Shown here: piece after piece, positions 9,372-20,215 of the stretch
Layout of the letters: the number at the start of each line of letters is the position of its first letter
How positions within the stretch are numbered: position 1 is the stretch's first letter
NCBI GenBank assembly: GCA_965205025.1
Contig: CBDBFU010000026.1
Span: 107,984-171,983, forward strand
Length of the DNA: 64,000 bases
Origin: Candidatus Poribacteria bacterium
Lineage (GTDB): Bacteria; Poribacteria; WGA-4E; WGA-3G
Direction: 5' to 3'
Translations under genes and position numbers: made by a program
Notes under the pieces: generated by a model
What the model was told of the DNA's origin: nothing
Database searches by the model: none
The model's input: the letters and a program-made list of their open reading frames with translations, nothing else

Positions 9372-10454
9372 ATGTTAAAGCCAAACCCAGGTATTGATAC
9401 AATAAAAGCATATCAAGGTGGAAAACCGATTGAAGAAGTTAAAAGAGAACTTGGTATCTCTAACATTATCAAATTAGCTTCAAATGAAAATCCACTCGGT
9501 CCTTCCCCTTTAGCACAACAAGCAATCAAAGAAATATCAACGCAGGTACATTTCTATCCTGATGGAAATGCATACTATCTTAAAGCCGATTTAGCAAAAC
9601 ATCTTAGTGTTACCGAAGATCATCTGATACTGACCAACGGTTCAAACGAAGTGCTACAGCTCGTGGGGGAAACTTACTTAGGTCCAGGCGACGAGGTAAT
9701 CTATGCTGAGGGAGCTTTTGTTGTGTACGGCCTCGTCGCAACCGTCACAGGCGCAACTCCGGTTGTTGTCCCAATGCAAAATGATACGCACCATTTACCA
9801 GCAATGGCTGCTGCAATAACAGATAAAACCAAAGCAATCTTCATTGCAAATCCAAACAACCCTACTGGTACAATGGTCACTGCTAAAGAAACAGCACATT
9901 TTATGGCACAAGTTCCAGAAGATGTGTTAGTTATATTTGATGAAGCGTATTATGAATATGTAACACATCCAGATTATCCACATACACTACCATACGTTAT
10001 GGATGGTCGTAATTTCATAATCACTCGAACATTCTCTAAAATATATGGACTTGCAGGTTTGCGTATTGGTTACGGAATCGCACCACCCCCCGTAATCGCA
10101 ACCATGAATCCTGTTCGACAACCATTCAATTGTAATGCAGTCGCCCAAGCTGCCGCACGCGCCGCCATCACTGATACTGAATACATCAAAGAAAGTCAAA
10201 TGCTAAACGAACAGGGTAAGGTATTCCTATATCAGGCTTTCGAGGATTTAGGTCTTCGTTATATAAAAACTGAAGGGAATTTCATCATGGTTTTTGTTAA
10301 CCAACCCGGTGCAGATATGGTAGAAACAATGATGAAGAAAGGTGTAATTGTAAGAGCAATGGCTGGCTACGGTTATCCTGACGCAATTAGAGTCACAATT
10401 GGCAAACAGAGGGAAAACGAACGATTCCTTGAAATCCTTTCTTCACTTGTATAA
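9372..10454 (+). CDS. hisC: Histidinol-phosphate aminotransferase
   Basis: KLASNENPLG, NPNNPTG, DEAYYEY, RTFSKIYGLAGLRIGY. Confidence 0.92.
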   Translation: MLKPNPGIDTIKAYQGGKPIEEVKRELGISNIIKLASNENPLGPSPLAQQAIKEISTQVHFYPDGNAYYLKADLAKHLSVTEDHLILTNGSNEVLQLVGETYLGPGDEVIYAEGAFVVYGLVATVTGATPVVVPMQNDTHHLPAMAAAITDKTKAIFIANPNNPTGTMVTAKETAHFMAQVPEDVLVIFDEAYYEYVTHPDYPHTLPYVMDGRNFIITRTFSKIYGLAGLRIGYGIAPPPVIATMNPVRQPFNCNAVAQAAARAAITDTEYIKESQMLNEQGKVFLYQAFEDLGLRYIKTEGNFIMVFVNQPGADMVETMMKKGVIVRAMAGYGYPDAIRVTIGKQRENERFLEILSSLV

Positions 10455-10530
10455 AGGAAATAAAGTAACAACCAATTCATAAGTAAATTAAAAACTTTCA
10501 ATTAATTACCATACTTAACAACAATCAACT

Positions 10531-11643
10531 ATGAAAGAATTGATTCAGATAAACAATAGAAAGTTAACCGAAAAAATAATGGTCGGCACTGTACCTATAG
10601 GTGGTGGTAGTCCAATTTCTATACAAACTATGACTACCACACTAACCCATGATGTTGATGCAACTCTGGCTCAGGTTGAACGATGTGCAGAAGCTGGTGC
10701 ACAGATTGTTCGAGTGGCTGTACCTGAGGAAAAAGATGCAAAAGCATTGTCCACATTAGTAATACGATCACCTGTTCCCATAGTCTCAGATATACATTTC
10801 AATTACAAATTTGCTCTTGCAGCTGTGGATGCTGGGGTAGCAAAAGTACGTATTAATCCTGGTAATATCGGTAATAAAGACCGTATCGCACAAGTATTGT
10901 CTGCTGCTAAATCTGCAAATATACCAATTCGTATCGGTGTGAATGAAGGATCCCTTGAAAAGGATCTATTGGAGAAATACCCCTCACCAACAGCTGAGGC
11001 ATTAGTTGAAAGCGCATTGCGACATGTCAATATCTGTGAAGAACACGATTTTACCAATATTGCAATTTCTGTCAAATCAAGTGATCCAATCCGCATGATA
11101 AAAGCAAACCGATTACTTTCCGCCAAGGTTAACTACCCATTACATCTCGGTGTAACAGAAGCTGGAACACCACGCCGCGCACACGTCAAATCAACACTCG
11201 GCATTGGGACATTGTTGCAAGAAGGTATTGGTGATACCATTAGAATCTCTATTACGGGAGATCCTGTTGAAGAGGTATTAACCGCAAAAGAACTCTTACG
11301 TGCACTCAACATGGCTGATGATATTTTAGATGTTATCTCATGTCCTTTCTGTGGACGAGGAGATCCAGAGGCAAATTATGAGAATATAGTGGTTACCGCC
11401 GAAGAACTATTAGAGAAGAATGGTATCAACATACCTGTCGCTGTGATGGGATGTGAAGTCAATGGTCCAGGTGAGACACGAAACGCTAAACTCGGTATAC
11501 ATCTTGGTGGTAAAGAACTCGCAGTTCTAAAAGTAGACGGTGTAAAAGTTCGAACATTCCGTGGAAAAGATGAGGTTAATCCAGAATACTTAGCAAACGC
11601 ATTACTCAAAGCAGCACAACAATTCCAAGTGTCAGAAACCTAA
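10531..11643 (+). CDS. ispG: HMBPP synthase (flavodoxin-dependent)
   Basis: DIHFNY, RINPGNIG, IRIGVNEGSL, YPLHLGVTEAG, CPFCGR, MGCEVNGPGE. Confidence 0.95.
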   Translation: MKELIQINNRKLTEKIMVGTVPIGGGSPISIQTMTTTLTHDVDATLAQVERCAEAGAQIVRVAVPEEKDAKALSTLVIRSPVPIVSDIHFNYKFALAAVDAGVAKVRINPGNIGNKDRIAQVLSAAKSANIPIRIGVNEGSLEKDLLEKYPSPTAEALVESALRHVNICEEHDFTNIAISVKSSDPIRMIKANRLLSAKVNYPLHLGVTEAGTPRRAHVKSTLGIGTLLQEGIGDTIRISITGDPVEEVLTAKELLRALNMADDILDVISCPFCGRGDPEANYENIVVTAEELLEKNGINIPVAVMGCEVNGPGETRNAKLGIHLGGKELAVLKVDGVKVRTFRGKDEVNPEYLANALLKAAQQFQVSET

Positions 11644-11690
11644 CCCAGTTGGTAAATATTCAAACCCTAATTTATATTGGAATATACCCA

Positions 11691-13199
11691 ATGCAGTTCC
11701 TCCGTAAAGCTGTTCGATCTATAGTTGGACAAATAGTTTTATTCACGATTTTCTTCTTTCTATATCATAAGTTTATAGTATACATCATGCGTGAAACAGG
11801 ACTGAAGCTTGGAGCGGTTGGGTATAACGGTGTTTTTACGCCTCTCTATGCTGTAATTCAACCTGACCTGAGTTGGTGGATCGTCCCCGCTATTCTAATC
11901 TGTATCGGTTTCTTATTTCTCTGCCATAAATATCTCCTATCCAATAAAATAAATACCCCTGAACTCATTGGAATAGCCATAATTTGCTTTCTCGCAATCA
12001 CTATCAGTGTTACCCTGATTGATGGATACAATAATATTGGTAATGAAGAGAATCCAAATTGGATTCTTGCTCTTTTGGAACCTTATACACGTACAGGATT
12101 GGAATATTATGGGGATGTGCCACGAATTGAAGATTTAGGTCTTCAAGCATTCCTACGCGATTTCAGCAAACCAGAACTATTTAATACGCTTTCAGGTCAT
12201 ACCCGAACACATCCAGCAGGTGGGGTAGTGTTTTTATGGTTTGTTAGTAAAGTATTCGGTTATAATCTCCTCTCAGCTTCCTTATTCTCAATTTTCTTTA
12301 CCGCAGTTGTTGTCATACTCATCTATAAACTTGGTGAACATCTTTATGGAGAAACAGTTGCTCTATACGCTCTACTGCTGTTTCTGATTACACCTAATTT
12401 CGTGATGTTCACAGGTACATCAATGGACGGTCCATTTAGTGTATTTCCAATTCTTAGCCTTTACCTATTTTATATAGCCAGAGAACGAGAAACTAAACCA
12501 GATATTGATCTGACTTCATTCCGACCCTATAGCCTTTTAACTGGTATTTCACTTGCCATCGGTATGTTTATGACATATGCCACTGTTGTTATCGGTGTTT
12601 TCTTATGTGTCATAGCAATATTAGAATATAGACAGTTTAAACAGTATTTAAAAGTATTAGCATTTGCAGCAGTAGGCTATATAGGATTCTATGTACTGCT
12701 ATTTATAATCACCGGTTACGATCCGATTACCTCAACATGGGCTGCTATAAAAAAAGATGAAGCAGGCTTAGGAACAGGTTATGAAAGTATTGATCGGTTT
12801 TTCCATCTGAGTATTGGAAATCTATTTGCATTTCTAATCGGTGTAGGTATCCCTATTACTGCTGTCTGGTTCCGTCAAGTTATAAGTACATTCAGCGACT
12901 GGAGGAAGAACGCCACTGTAGCTGAGAAAGATTCTGGTCCGTCAGTAATACCTTGGCTATTACGTTTTGATAAAGCAGATTCCTATATCATCGGATTCTG
13001 TATAACATTATTCTATTTTACATTTTCGACACTGTTTACAATGGAAGTAGAACGTATCTGGATTTTCATGGTTCCGTTTTTCGTAATTCCAGTAGCAAAA
13101 TTCCTCACATCCCGACCTCGTTCAGATTTATATTGGGTGGGATGTCTTCTCGTCGTACAACTCATTCTATCAGAAGTACTACTCTATACATATTGGTAG
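11691..13199 (+). CDS. Polytopic membrane glycosyltransferase (GT-C, GT39/ArnT-like)
   Basis: Many TM helices, HTRTHPAG and EVERIW motifs, next to GT4 and deacetylase genes. Confidence 0.6.
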   Translation: MQFLRKAVRSIVGQIVLFTIFFFLYHKFIVYIMRETGLKLGAVGYNGVFTPLYAVIQPDLSWWIVPAILICIGFLFLCHKYLLSNKINTPELIGIAIICFLAITISVTLIDGYNNIGNEENPNWILALLEPYTRTGLEYYGDVPRIEDLGLQAFLRDFSKPELFNTLSGHTRTHPAGGVVFLWFVSKVFGYNLLSASLFSIFFTAVVVILIYKLGEHLYGETVALYALLLFLITPNFVMFTGTSMDGPFSVFPILSLYLFYIARERETKPDIDLTSFRPYSLLTGISLAIGMFMTYATVVIGVFLCVIAILEYRQFKQYLKVLAFAAVGYIGFYVLLFIITGYDPITSTWAAIKKDEAGLGTGYESIDRFFHLSIGNLFAFLIGVGIPITAVWFRQVISTFSDWRKNATVAEKDSGPSVIPWLLRFDKADSYIIGFCITLFYFTFSTLFTMEVERIWIFMVPFFVIPVAKFLTSRPRSDLYWVGCLLVVQLILSEVLLYTYW

Positions 13200-13286
13200 A
13201 CATAGTGCAGTTTGACATTCTGTTCCAAAATTACACTCCAAGTACCATCATTCTATTGCAAAATTAAACCCAGGATAACGTATTTG

Positions 13287-14378
13287 ATGCGAATTCTATA
13301 TGTGATTGATTCTATGGCAAAGGATGGTGCGGAATCTCAGCTCCTAAAAACTTTGGAACGATTGAAACCTGATGAATATGAAGTCTATGTCATTCTAAGT
13401 CGCACTGAAGGAGAACGGATCAAAGAACTTACTGCACTACCATGTGTTCGTGATGTAACTATACTTAAAAGTGAAGGTAAGAAAAGAAAGGTATTAAAAA
13501 ATACATTCGCTCTTGGTGGTGTAATTAAAACAATACAACCTGACTTAGTACATAGTTGGTTGTGGTATTCAAACTTTCTTAGTGGTTTATCCAACAGATT
13601 GGGATTATGGCGTCGTATTCCATTAATCGTTTCGCAGCGTGGGGATTATCATGCAAGATATTCGAAATTCCGACTCTGGATTACAGAAAAATTCATATAT
13701 AATACTGCAGATCTTCTTTTAACAAATTCAGAACAGATTCAACAACATCTCCAAAATCTATACCCCAAGAAAACAATATATAGTATACCGAATTTATTGG
13801 AACTCCCTACAGAAGAATGGTCACCAAATCAAAGAGACAGTTCAGAGAAAAGGATAGTATGTGTTGGCAGATTCGCACCAGAAAAAGGGCATCGGTTTCT
13901 AATTGAAGCATTAAACAGGTTAGACTGTGATGGTATCTCTTGGCAATGTGTTTTTCTGGGTGAAGGGGAATTACAATCTGAACTGAGTGATCTTGCTAAG
14001 AATCTCAATCTAACCGATAAGATTACATTTCCAGGATTCCGTGAGGATGTGTATCCAGTATTGCTACAGGCAGATCTCTTTGTTCTACCATCACTTCATG
14101 AAGGCTCTCCGAACGCATTAATTGAGGCGATGGGATTAGGATTACCGTGTATCGCTTCAGATGTAGGTGGCATTAAGGATTTAATGGAAAATGAAAAAAA
14201 CGGTATCCTTGTTCCTCCCAAAGATCCAGACTCTTTATCCAAGGCATTACATCATCTACTCACAAATCAAAATATCGCAATGGATTTAGGAAGAAACGCT
14301 CGCACAACCATTAGAGAAAAATTCGACAATACTGAATCCATTAGAAAATTAGAAGAAATTTACAAGAGTGTCACTTAG
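13287..14378 (+). CDS. Glycosyltransferase family 4
   Basis: MRILYVIDS..GAE, VGRFAPEKG, FVLPSLHEGSPNALIEAM. Confidence 0.9.
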   Translation: MRILYVIDSMAKDGAESQLLKTLERLKPDEYEVYVILSRTEGERIKELTALPCVRDVTILKSEGKKRKVLKNTFALGGVIKTIQPDLVHSWLWYSNFLSGLSNRLGLWRRIPLIVSQRGDYHARYSKFRLWITEKFIYNTADLLLTNSEQIQQHLQNLYPKKTIYSIPNLLELPTEEWSPNQRDSSEKRIVCVGRFAPEKGHRFLIEALNRLDCDGISWQCVFLGEGELQSELSDLAKNLNLTDKITFPGFREDVYPVLLQADLFVLPSLHEGSPNALIEAMGLGLPCIASDVGGIKDLMENEKNGILVPPKDPDSLSKALHHLLTNQNIAMDLGRNARTTIREKFDNTESIRKLEEIYKSVT

Positions 14379-14383
14379 TAAGT

Positions 14384-15292
14384 ATGAATCCTAATCGACT
14401 TACACAATTTGCCAAAAATGTTGTTGCATTCGTAATCTATCTTCTCGGTATTCCATGGATAGTAAGGGAGTGGCTCTGTAGGAACAGGGTGACAATTCTC
14501 CTTTATCACGACGTTTCATCAAAGGTATTTGAAAAACATATAAAATACCTGATTCGCAATTACAATATCATCAGTTTAGAGTCGCTCGTTTCAGCAATTT
14601 ACAATCAAGACTTTACAGAATTACCACAGAGAAGTGTTGTAATTACTCTTGATGATGGACACGCCAACAATATCAAACTCTTACATATCTTTCAAAAGTA
14701 TTCAATTCGTCCAACAATATATGTTTGCACACAGATAATCAACACTAATAGACATTTCTGGTTTAAAATTGACGGACTATCCAAGAGAGAGAAAGAACAT
14801 CTTAAGAGAATACCAAATCAACAACGGATAGCATATTTAAGAGATTCCTCAAATTTTGAGCACATAGTCGAATATAATCATAGACATGCACTGAATTTAG
14901 ATGAATTGAAACAAATGTTAGAGAGTGTTGATTTTCAACCACATACTCAAACCCACCCTATACTACCTAATTGTACGGAACTCGTATGTAAACAAGAGAT
15001 TCTTGAGAGTAAGAAGGATTTGGAGACAATGTTAGATCTTGAGTGTCTACATTTTAGTTATCCAAATGGGGATTACACAGAACGGGAAATAGAGATTGTG
15101 AAACAAGGAGGATTTCGTTCCGCTCGTACAACAGATGTTGGATGGAACACCATAAATACATCCCCTTATAGACTAAAGACAATTCCAATTACAGATACTG
15201 CTGGGAACATTAGACTTCGGGCAGAAATGACATCAATACCGCAACGGTTGGCGAGAATAGTGAATACCATCTTATGGAAAAGAATGATATAA
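14384..15292 (+). CDS. Polysaccharide deacetylase (CE4) family protein
   Basis: ILLYH, ITLDDG, HTQTHPIL, FSYPNG. Confidence 0.85.
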   Translation: MNPNRLTQFAKNVVAFVIYLLGIPWIVREWLCRNRVTILLYHDVSSKVFEKHIKYLIRNYNIISLESLVSAIYNQDFTELPQRSVVITLDDGHANNIKLLHIFQKYSIRPTIYVCTQIINTNRHFWFKIDGLSKREKEHLKRIPNQQRIAYLRDSSNFEHIVEYNHRHALNLDELKQMLESVDFQPHTQTHPILPNCTELVCKQEILESKKDLETMLDLECLHFSYPNGDYTEREIEIVKQGGFRSARTTDVGWNTINTSPYRLKTIPITDTAGNIRLRAEMTSIPQRLARIVNTILWKRMI

Positions 15293-15969
15293 CTAAATGG
15301 CATCACGCCTACATTCAGAATGCTTACCAAGAGTTAGCACAGGGATATACAAAAGAACAGATTGATAGACTTAATATCAATGCAAGGAATAAAAAAGTAC
15401 TGGATGTCGGTTGTGGTCCAGGAAATCTACTTGCTGCGTTATCTTCTAATAATCCAAAACTATTAATTGGTGTGGATACAGATAAGATATTTCTTCTATA
15501 TGCACGCGAAAAAACCAAAAATATCTTAGAACCTCCTGCAGTTCACCCATCATTTATTCAGGGAACATTACCCACATTACCTTTTCAAGATGAAACTTTC
15601 GATATTGTCACCTGTTTTCTTGTAATGCCACATGTGTCTGACGATGAAATCGCTATAAGAGAACTAACACGTGTTTTGAAATCGGGTGGAACACTGGCAA
15701 TTTCCGGGCACGGTTTCGGTTTCCCGTTACGATATCTCAAAAAGTTCAAAATGAAGCCATTGCAGATGTATATTGCGAGTCTAATTTATCGATTTACTGG
15801 CAGAAAGTTAATAAGGAATACACTACAAAATTTAAAAAAGATAGGTAATATCTTGGGGCATTTAGGTATGGAAATAGATGTTCAATATCAGAAAAGAGTT
15901 TTTGGATGTATCGCAACCTATTGGATTAAAACTACTAAGAGTGACGCGAATCCTAAGGCTACACAGTAA
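15274..15969 (+). CDS. Class I SAM-dependent methyltransferase
   Basis: VLDVGCGPG, LPFQDETFDIV, RVLKSGG. Confidence 0.85.
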   Translation: MEKNDITKWHHAYIQNAYQELAQGYTKEQIDRLNINARNKKVLDVGCGPGNLLAALSSNNPKLLIGVDTDKIFLLYAREKTKNILEPPAVHPSFIQGTLPTLPFQDETFDIVTCFLVMPHVSDDEIAIRELTRVLKSGGTLAISGHGFGFPLRYLKKFKMKPLQMYIASLIYRFTGRKLIRNTLQNLKKIGNILGHLGMEIDVQYQKRVFGCIATYWIKTTKSDANPKATQ

Positions 15970-16757
15970 TATGTAAAAAGAGAGAATTTTCCTCTGTTTA
16001 ACACCACCAGTAGAAAACGTAAAGCAATATACCCAACAAGAAATGATGCAAACATACCACTACCTAATATATAAGGTGAAATAGTAGTATCTCCAATATC
16101 ACGAAGTTTAAGTACAACTGCACCAAGAATCGCGGGAATTGAGAGAAGGAAGGAATATTCCGCTGCTGTTTTTGCAGGAATACCCAAAAACAGGGCAAGA
16201 GATATCGTTGTACCTGAACGGGATATACCAGGTGTAATTGCACATCCTTGGGCGATTCCAATGATTGGAGCATGCCACGATTTTAATCTTTTACTTATAG
16301 CTTCCTTGTTATCACTATATCCTTTTTGAAGTCGTGGTAATTGCAAGATAATTCCCGTTACAATTAACATTAAGCTAACAAGCCATACTTTATCAAAGAA
16401 GGATTCTAATTGTGATTTAAACAACACAGCTATGAGACCCGTCGGAATAGAACCAAGTAGTAGCAACCATATAAATTTCAGATCATCAGATGTTCTAACT
16501 TTTTGTACTGGATTACGAAAGAAATCTATATCTACAAAACTTGATACACCGTTGAATAACAGCCTTGCGATTGAATGTCGATAGACAACAATTACTGCAG
16601 CTAATGTTCCAACATGCAGCATCACATCAAAAAAGACAAGTGGCTCATTTAATCCAAGGAAATGTTGTGCTAAGACGAGATGTCCAGAACTACTAATAGG
16701 AAGGAATTCGGTTAAACCTTGTAAAATACCCAGTAGAATCGCATCAAGAAGTGTCAT
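15918..16757 (-). CDS. uppP: Undecaprenyl-diphosphate phosphatase
   Basis: QGLTEFLPISSSGHL, PGISRSG, AAEYSFLLSIP. Confidence 0.95.
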   Translation of the reverse strand: MTLLDAILLGILQGLTEFLPISSSGHLVLAQHFLGLNEPLVFFDVMLHVGTLAAVIVVYRHSIARLLFNGVSSFVDIDFFRNPVQKVRTSDDLKFIWLLLLGSIPTGLIAVLFKSQLESFFDKVWLVSLMLIVTGIILQLPRLQKGYSDNKEAISKRLKSWHAPIIGIAQGCAITPGISRSGTTISLALFLGIPAKTAAEYSFLLSIPAILGAVVLKLRDIGDTTISPYILGSGMFASFLVGYIALRFLLVVLNRGKFSLFTYYCVALGFASLLVVLIQ

Positions 16758-16859
16758 ACAAATAGTATAACAATGAAGAGTATAATGAGCAAGAATATAC
16801 TTCACATTATCAAAACCAATAATTGAGTGGTTTGATAACTATAGACTATAGGTAATCTA

Positions 16860-16888
16860 TTGACAACGACACTATTTTTTGTTACAAT
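16860..16888 (+). promoter_or_regulatory. Near-consensus sigma-70 promoter
   Basis: TTGACA-17 bp-TACAAT with TGn; TAAGGAG RBS downstream. Confidence 0.7.
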
Positions 16889-16920
16889 ATTCTCAATTAA
16901 CTTCTAATAAGGAGTAAGAT

Positions 16921-17700
16921 ATGTTAAGAATACTATTACTGTTTAACATCTTAATGATGTTATTATTTACATTCACTCATGCTGATGCTGTTGAAAAGGA
17001 AGATATAGTTGTCTATTATTCTTTCGATAAAATTGATGGAAAGAAATTCAAAGACAACTCTGGTAATGGTAATGATGCAGAATTATCTGGAAATGGGAAG
17101 TTAGTTGATGGTCAGTTTGGAAAAGCAATCAACCTAAGTGGTGGGATTGTACAGATGGTTCCAGCAAATGACTTTATCGTTCCTATTGGTGAAAATGGAC
17201 AAATTACAATGGAAGCATGGTTCTATCTTAATGAACATGCAGCCTACGATGGTATCATCTCTATTGAGACTGAAAGTGGTGGATGCTGTGAATTCCGAAT
17301 AATGGTGAATCCAACTTTTAATCCTTTTTGGGATGCGGCACACCATGCTGACAAGAGTTTAGGAAATTTCAAATTTGAATTAGATGAATGGTATCACTAC
17401 GTTTTAGTTGCTGACGGTAAAGATGGAAAAATATATGTGAATGGAGAATTCATTGGCTCACAAGTTGAAAATTTTGAATTCCCAAAATTCAAAAAAGCAG
17501 CAATTTACATAGGCGCAGGTGAAAATCCAAATGTACACCGGGTTGAGGATGCTATTATTGATGAAGTCGTTATTTATTCAAAAGCACTAACTGAAGAGGA
17601 AGTTAAAACCTCTATGGAACTTAGCATTCCAGGTGTTTTGTCTGTTGAAGCAAGTGATAAACTGGCAGTCACTTGGGCAAAAATGAAGTCATCATTTTAA
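16921..17700 (+). CDS. Secreted LamG-like jellyroll domain protein
   Basis: YYSFD...DNSGNGN, ITMEAW, WYHYVLV, IYVNG, IDEVVIYSKALT; C-terminal SVEASDKLAVTWAKMK. Confidence 0.88.
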   Translation: MLRILLLFNILMMLLFTFTHADAVEKEDIVVYYSFDKIDGKKFKDNSGNGNDAELSGNGKLVDGQFGKAINLSGGIVQMVPANDFIVPIGENGQITMEAWFYLNEHAAYDGIISIETESGGCCEFRIMVNPTFNPFWDAAHHADKSLGNFKFELDEWYHYVLVADGKDGKIYVNGEFIGSQVENFEFPKFKKAAIYIGAGENPNVHRVEDAIIDEVVIYSKALTEEEVKTSMELSIPGVLSVEASDKLAVTWAKMKSSF

Positions 17701-17738
17701 CATTTGATATAATTCAACTATTTTTAGAGTATTGTTTT

Positions 17739-18200
17739 ATGAAATTAGGGTTTCTTTCAAGAATATTTGAAGGCGCTTTGAGCATTGAAAAAACATATAA
17801 TCAATGTGATAAAGCAATAGGTGCTTTGCGTGCATATAATGAAAATCAAGAAAAGGAAAATGCAGCTATTTCTACAGCTGATAAGGCTGAACTTGATAAT
17901 ACTGTAAACACTGCTATTGAAAATGCTACACGTATTATTGAAAAGGAAGGTGAACGAAATTGGCCTGGTGTTTTTCGTGAAATGCACAAGAATTTAGCAA
18001 ACATCTATTTAGAACTTGATCAATACGATAAAGTTCGTGAGAAGTGTGAACATCTGCAAGACTATGGAGAGGTAGGTAAATTGGATGCAGAAGAAGTACT
18101 CAAGAATCTGAATGAAAGAGAGAATGGAGATTCAGATAGTACACATTCTGAATCACAACCCACTGATCCAAATCCAGATGTTGATGTAGATGCTTCATAA
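17739..18200 (+). CDS. Hypothetical helical (TPR-like) protein
   Basis: HKNLANIYLELDQYDK resembles a TPR helix; acidic tail. Confidence 0.6.
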   Translation: MKLGFLSRIFEGALSIEKTYNQCDKAIGALRAYNENQEKENAAISTADKAELDNTVNTAIENATRIIEKEGERNWPGVFREMHKNLANIYLELDQYDKVREKCEHLQDYGEVGKLDAEEVLKNLNERENGDSDSTHSESQPTDPNPDVDVDAS

Positions 18201-18334
18201 TGCAATACCTATATTTTTCATGTATACATTTATTAGATGTAATGGTGATTACAAAGTCTGGATATATTGACTGAAATCGTTTGGAGCATTGAATCAATTC
18301 GATTTAACTAACCCTATCTGTTCCAACTAACTAC

Positions 18335-20215
18335 ATGTCATTTCTGAATCCAACTGCATTTTACCTTTTAGGGGCAATCCCAATTGTGATTGCCCTACAC
18401 TTTTTGAGGTTACGCAGACAACGTCACCTTGTACCGAGCATAATGCTATGGCGTACAGGAGTAGAGGATCAGAAGGCAAATGTACCATTTCAACGTTTAC
18501 GTAACATACTCCTTCCGATATTACAAAGCCTTTTTTTGCTAATCATCATTATAAGTGTGGCGCGTCCAGCCATACGGATACCCAGTATAATACAAGGTAA
18601 AATTGTCTTCATAATTGACAATTCTGCAAGTATGTTGTCAAAGGAAATGGGACAAACACGATTAGATCTAGCAAAAAAGAAAGTATTGAAAATCCTTGAT
18701 GAAATCACCGCAAGTGGTGGTGTAATGATAATGACAACCCATTCCACAGAACAGTATATCCAACAACCGTTTACTACCGATCATGAGAAGATAAGAGAGG
18801 CAGTCGAAAACATCAATCAGACACATGTAGCCGTGAAATCCACAGGTGTATTTGAAAATGCATCCCGTTATTTAGATTCACCACAGGATAGAATCTACTA
18901 TGTAAGTGATTCTGTTGAGGACATCCCAGTCACATCAACTACAATTGAAAAAATGACTGTGGGAGAAAAAGCTGATAATATCGGCATAGTTCAGTTCAGT
19001 GTGGAGAGAATTGACGATCAATATACTATCTTAGCTGTAATACAAAATTGGACAGATACCGATAAAGAAATTGCAACTCAAATTGAGATAGAGGGAGGTA
19101 GTGTAATCGCTGAAAAACCAGTCTCAATAACTGCAGGCAATCATAAATCCGTTATTTATTCTATAAATGCTGACGGTATGTCTGATACCTCTATATGTTT
19201 GAATCTTATTGGCACAGATGATGACTTTGAAGTTGATGATTCTGCATGGGCAATTATAAATGAAGTTAAGCCTTTCAACATACTACTAATCAGTAATAGA
19301 AATCCGTACTTATTGAATGCACTCTTGAGAAATTACGGAAACCATGTAGAACTACAAACCATCTCAGAAGATGAATTTCATGGAACTCTCAATACTGATC
19401 TCATCGTATTTGATGGAAATATATCAATTCAAGATCACCTATTGCAGGGAATGGATACAAAAAATATCATCTATATTAATTCTGAGAGTTTATTATTTCT
19501 AAAAGAAAAGGTCGATTATGAATCTGTCAGAACTCCTGTAACCATTACCAGTGAAAACAAGACACATCCAATTATGCAGGATATATCTATAGTAGGACTG
19601 ACAGTAAAAGGATCTATAAAACGGGAATTGCCTTTGTGGGGAGAATCCTTAATTGAGTCTAATCAGGCGGGAATGGTATGGATAGGAATAAAAGAAGATA
19701 GTAGATATCTGGTTTTTGAATTTGATGCATTTAATACAGATGTTTCATCTTTTCCACTTAATATTCCTGACGGTCCACTGATGTTCTATAGGTGTCTGGA
19801 ATGGTTAGAGTCTAACAGTAGATCAATTAAATCTATTCCATATCGGAAAGGATTGGATGATTCGTTTCGGACTGGTGAACTGATAAAAATTACTTATCCT
19901 ATTGCTCAAAATACGGATTTATACTTGAAGAAACCAGATGGGAACAGTGTTGCCTTAAGTGATACGGTATTCCGTCAAACTGACCAAGTCGGTGTATATA
20001 CTATATTTGCTGAAGATATCCAACTTGGGAGATTTGCAGTCAATTTACTGGATGAAACGGAATCATCCGTAAAACATTCTAAAACTGAAGATGGATCACA
20101 AGAGAGAACAAGTCCGGAACAATTGCAATCAATAAAGAAAGAGATTTGGCAATGGACAGCATTATTCGCTGTTTGCTTGCTCCTGTTCGAGTGGTTCATT
20201 TACCACCGTAGTTAA
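18335..20215 (+). CDS. BatA N-terminal/vWA domain membrane protein
   Basis: MSFLNP...PIVIALHFL...VPSIMLW, IIDNSASM MIDAS motif, C-terminal LLLFEW TM. Confidence 0.85.
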   Translation: MSFLNPTAFYLLGAIPIVIALHFLRLRRQRHLVPSIMLWRTGVEDQKANVPFQRLRNILLPILQSLFLLIIIISVARPAIRIPSIIQGKIVFIIDNSASMLSKEMGQTRLDLAKKKVLKILDEITASGGVMIMTTHSTEQYIQQPFTTDHEKIREAVENINQTHVAVKSTGVFENASRYLDSPQDRIYYVSDSVEDIPVTSTTIEKMTVGEKADNIGIVQFSVERIDDQYTILAVIQNWTDTDKEIATQIEIEGGSVIAEKPVSITAGNHKSVIYSINADGMSDTSICLNLIGTDDDFEVDDSAWAIINEVKPFNILLISNRNPYLLNALLRNYGNHVELQTISEDEFHGTLNTDLIVFDGNISIQDHLLQGMDTKNIIYINSESLLFLKEKVDYESVRTPVTITSENKTHPIMQDISIVGLTVKGSIKRELPLWGESLIESNQAGMVWIGIKEDSRYLVFEFDAFNTDVSSFPLNIPDGPLMFYRCLEWLESNSRSIKSIPYRKGLDDSFRTGELIKITYPIAQNTDLYLKKPDGNSVALSDTVFRQTDQVGVYTIFAEDIQLGRFAVNLLDETESSVKHSKTEDGSQERTSPEQLQSIKKEIWQWTALFAVCLLLFEWFIYHRS

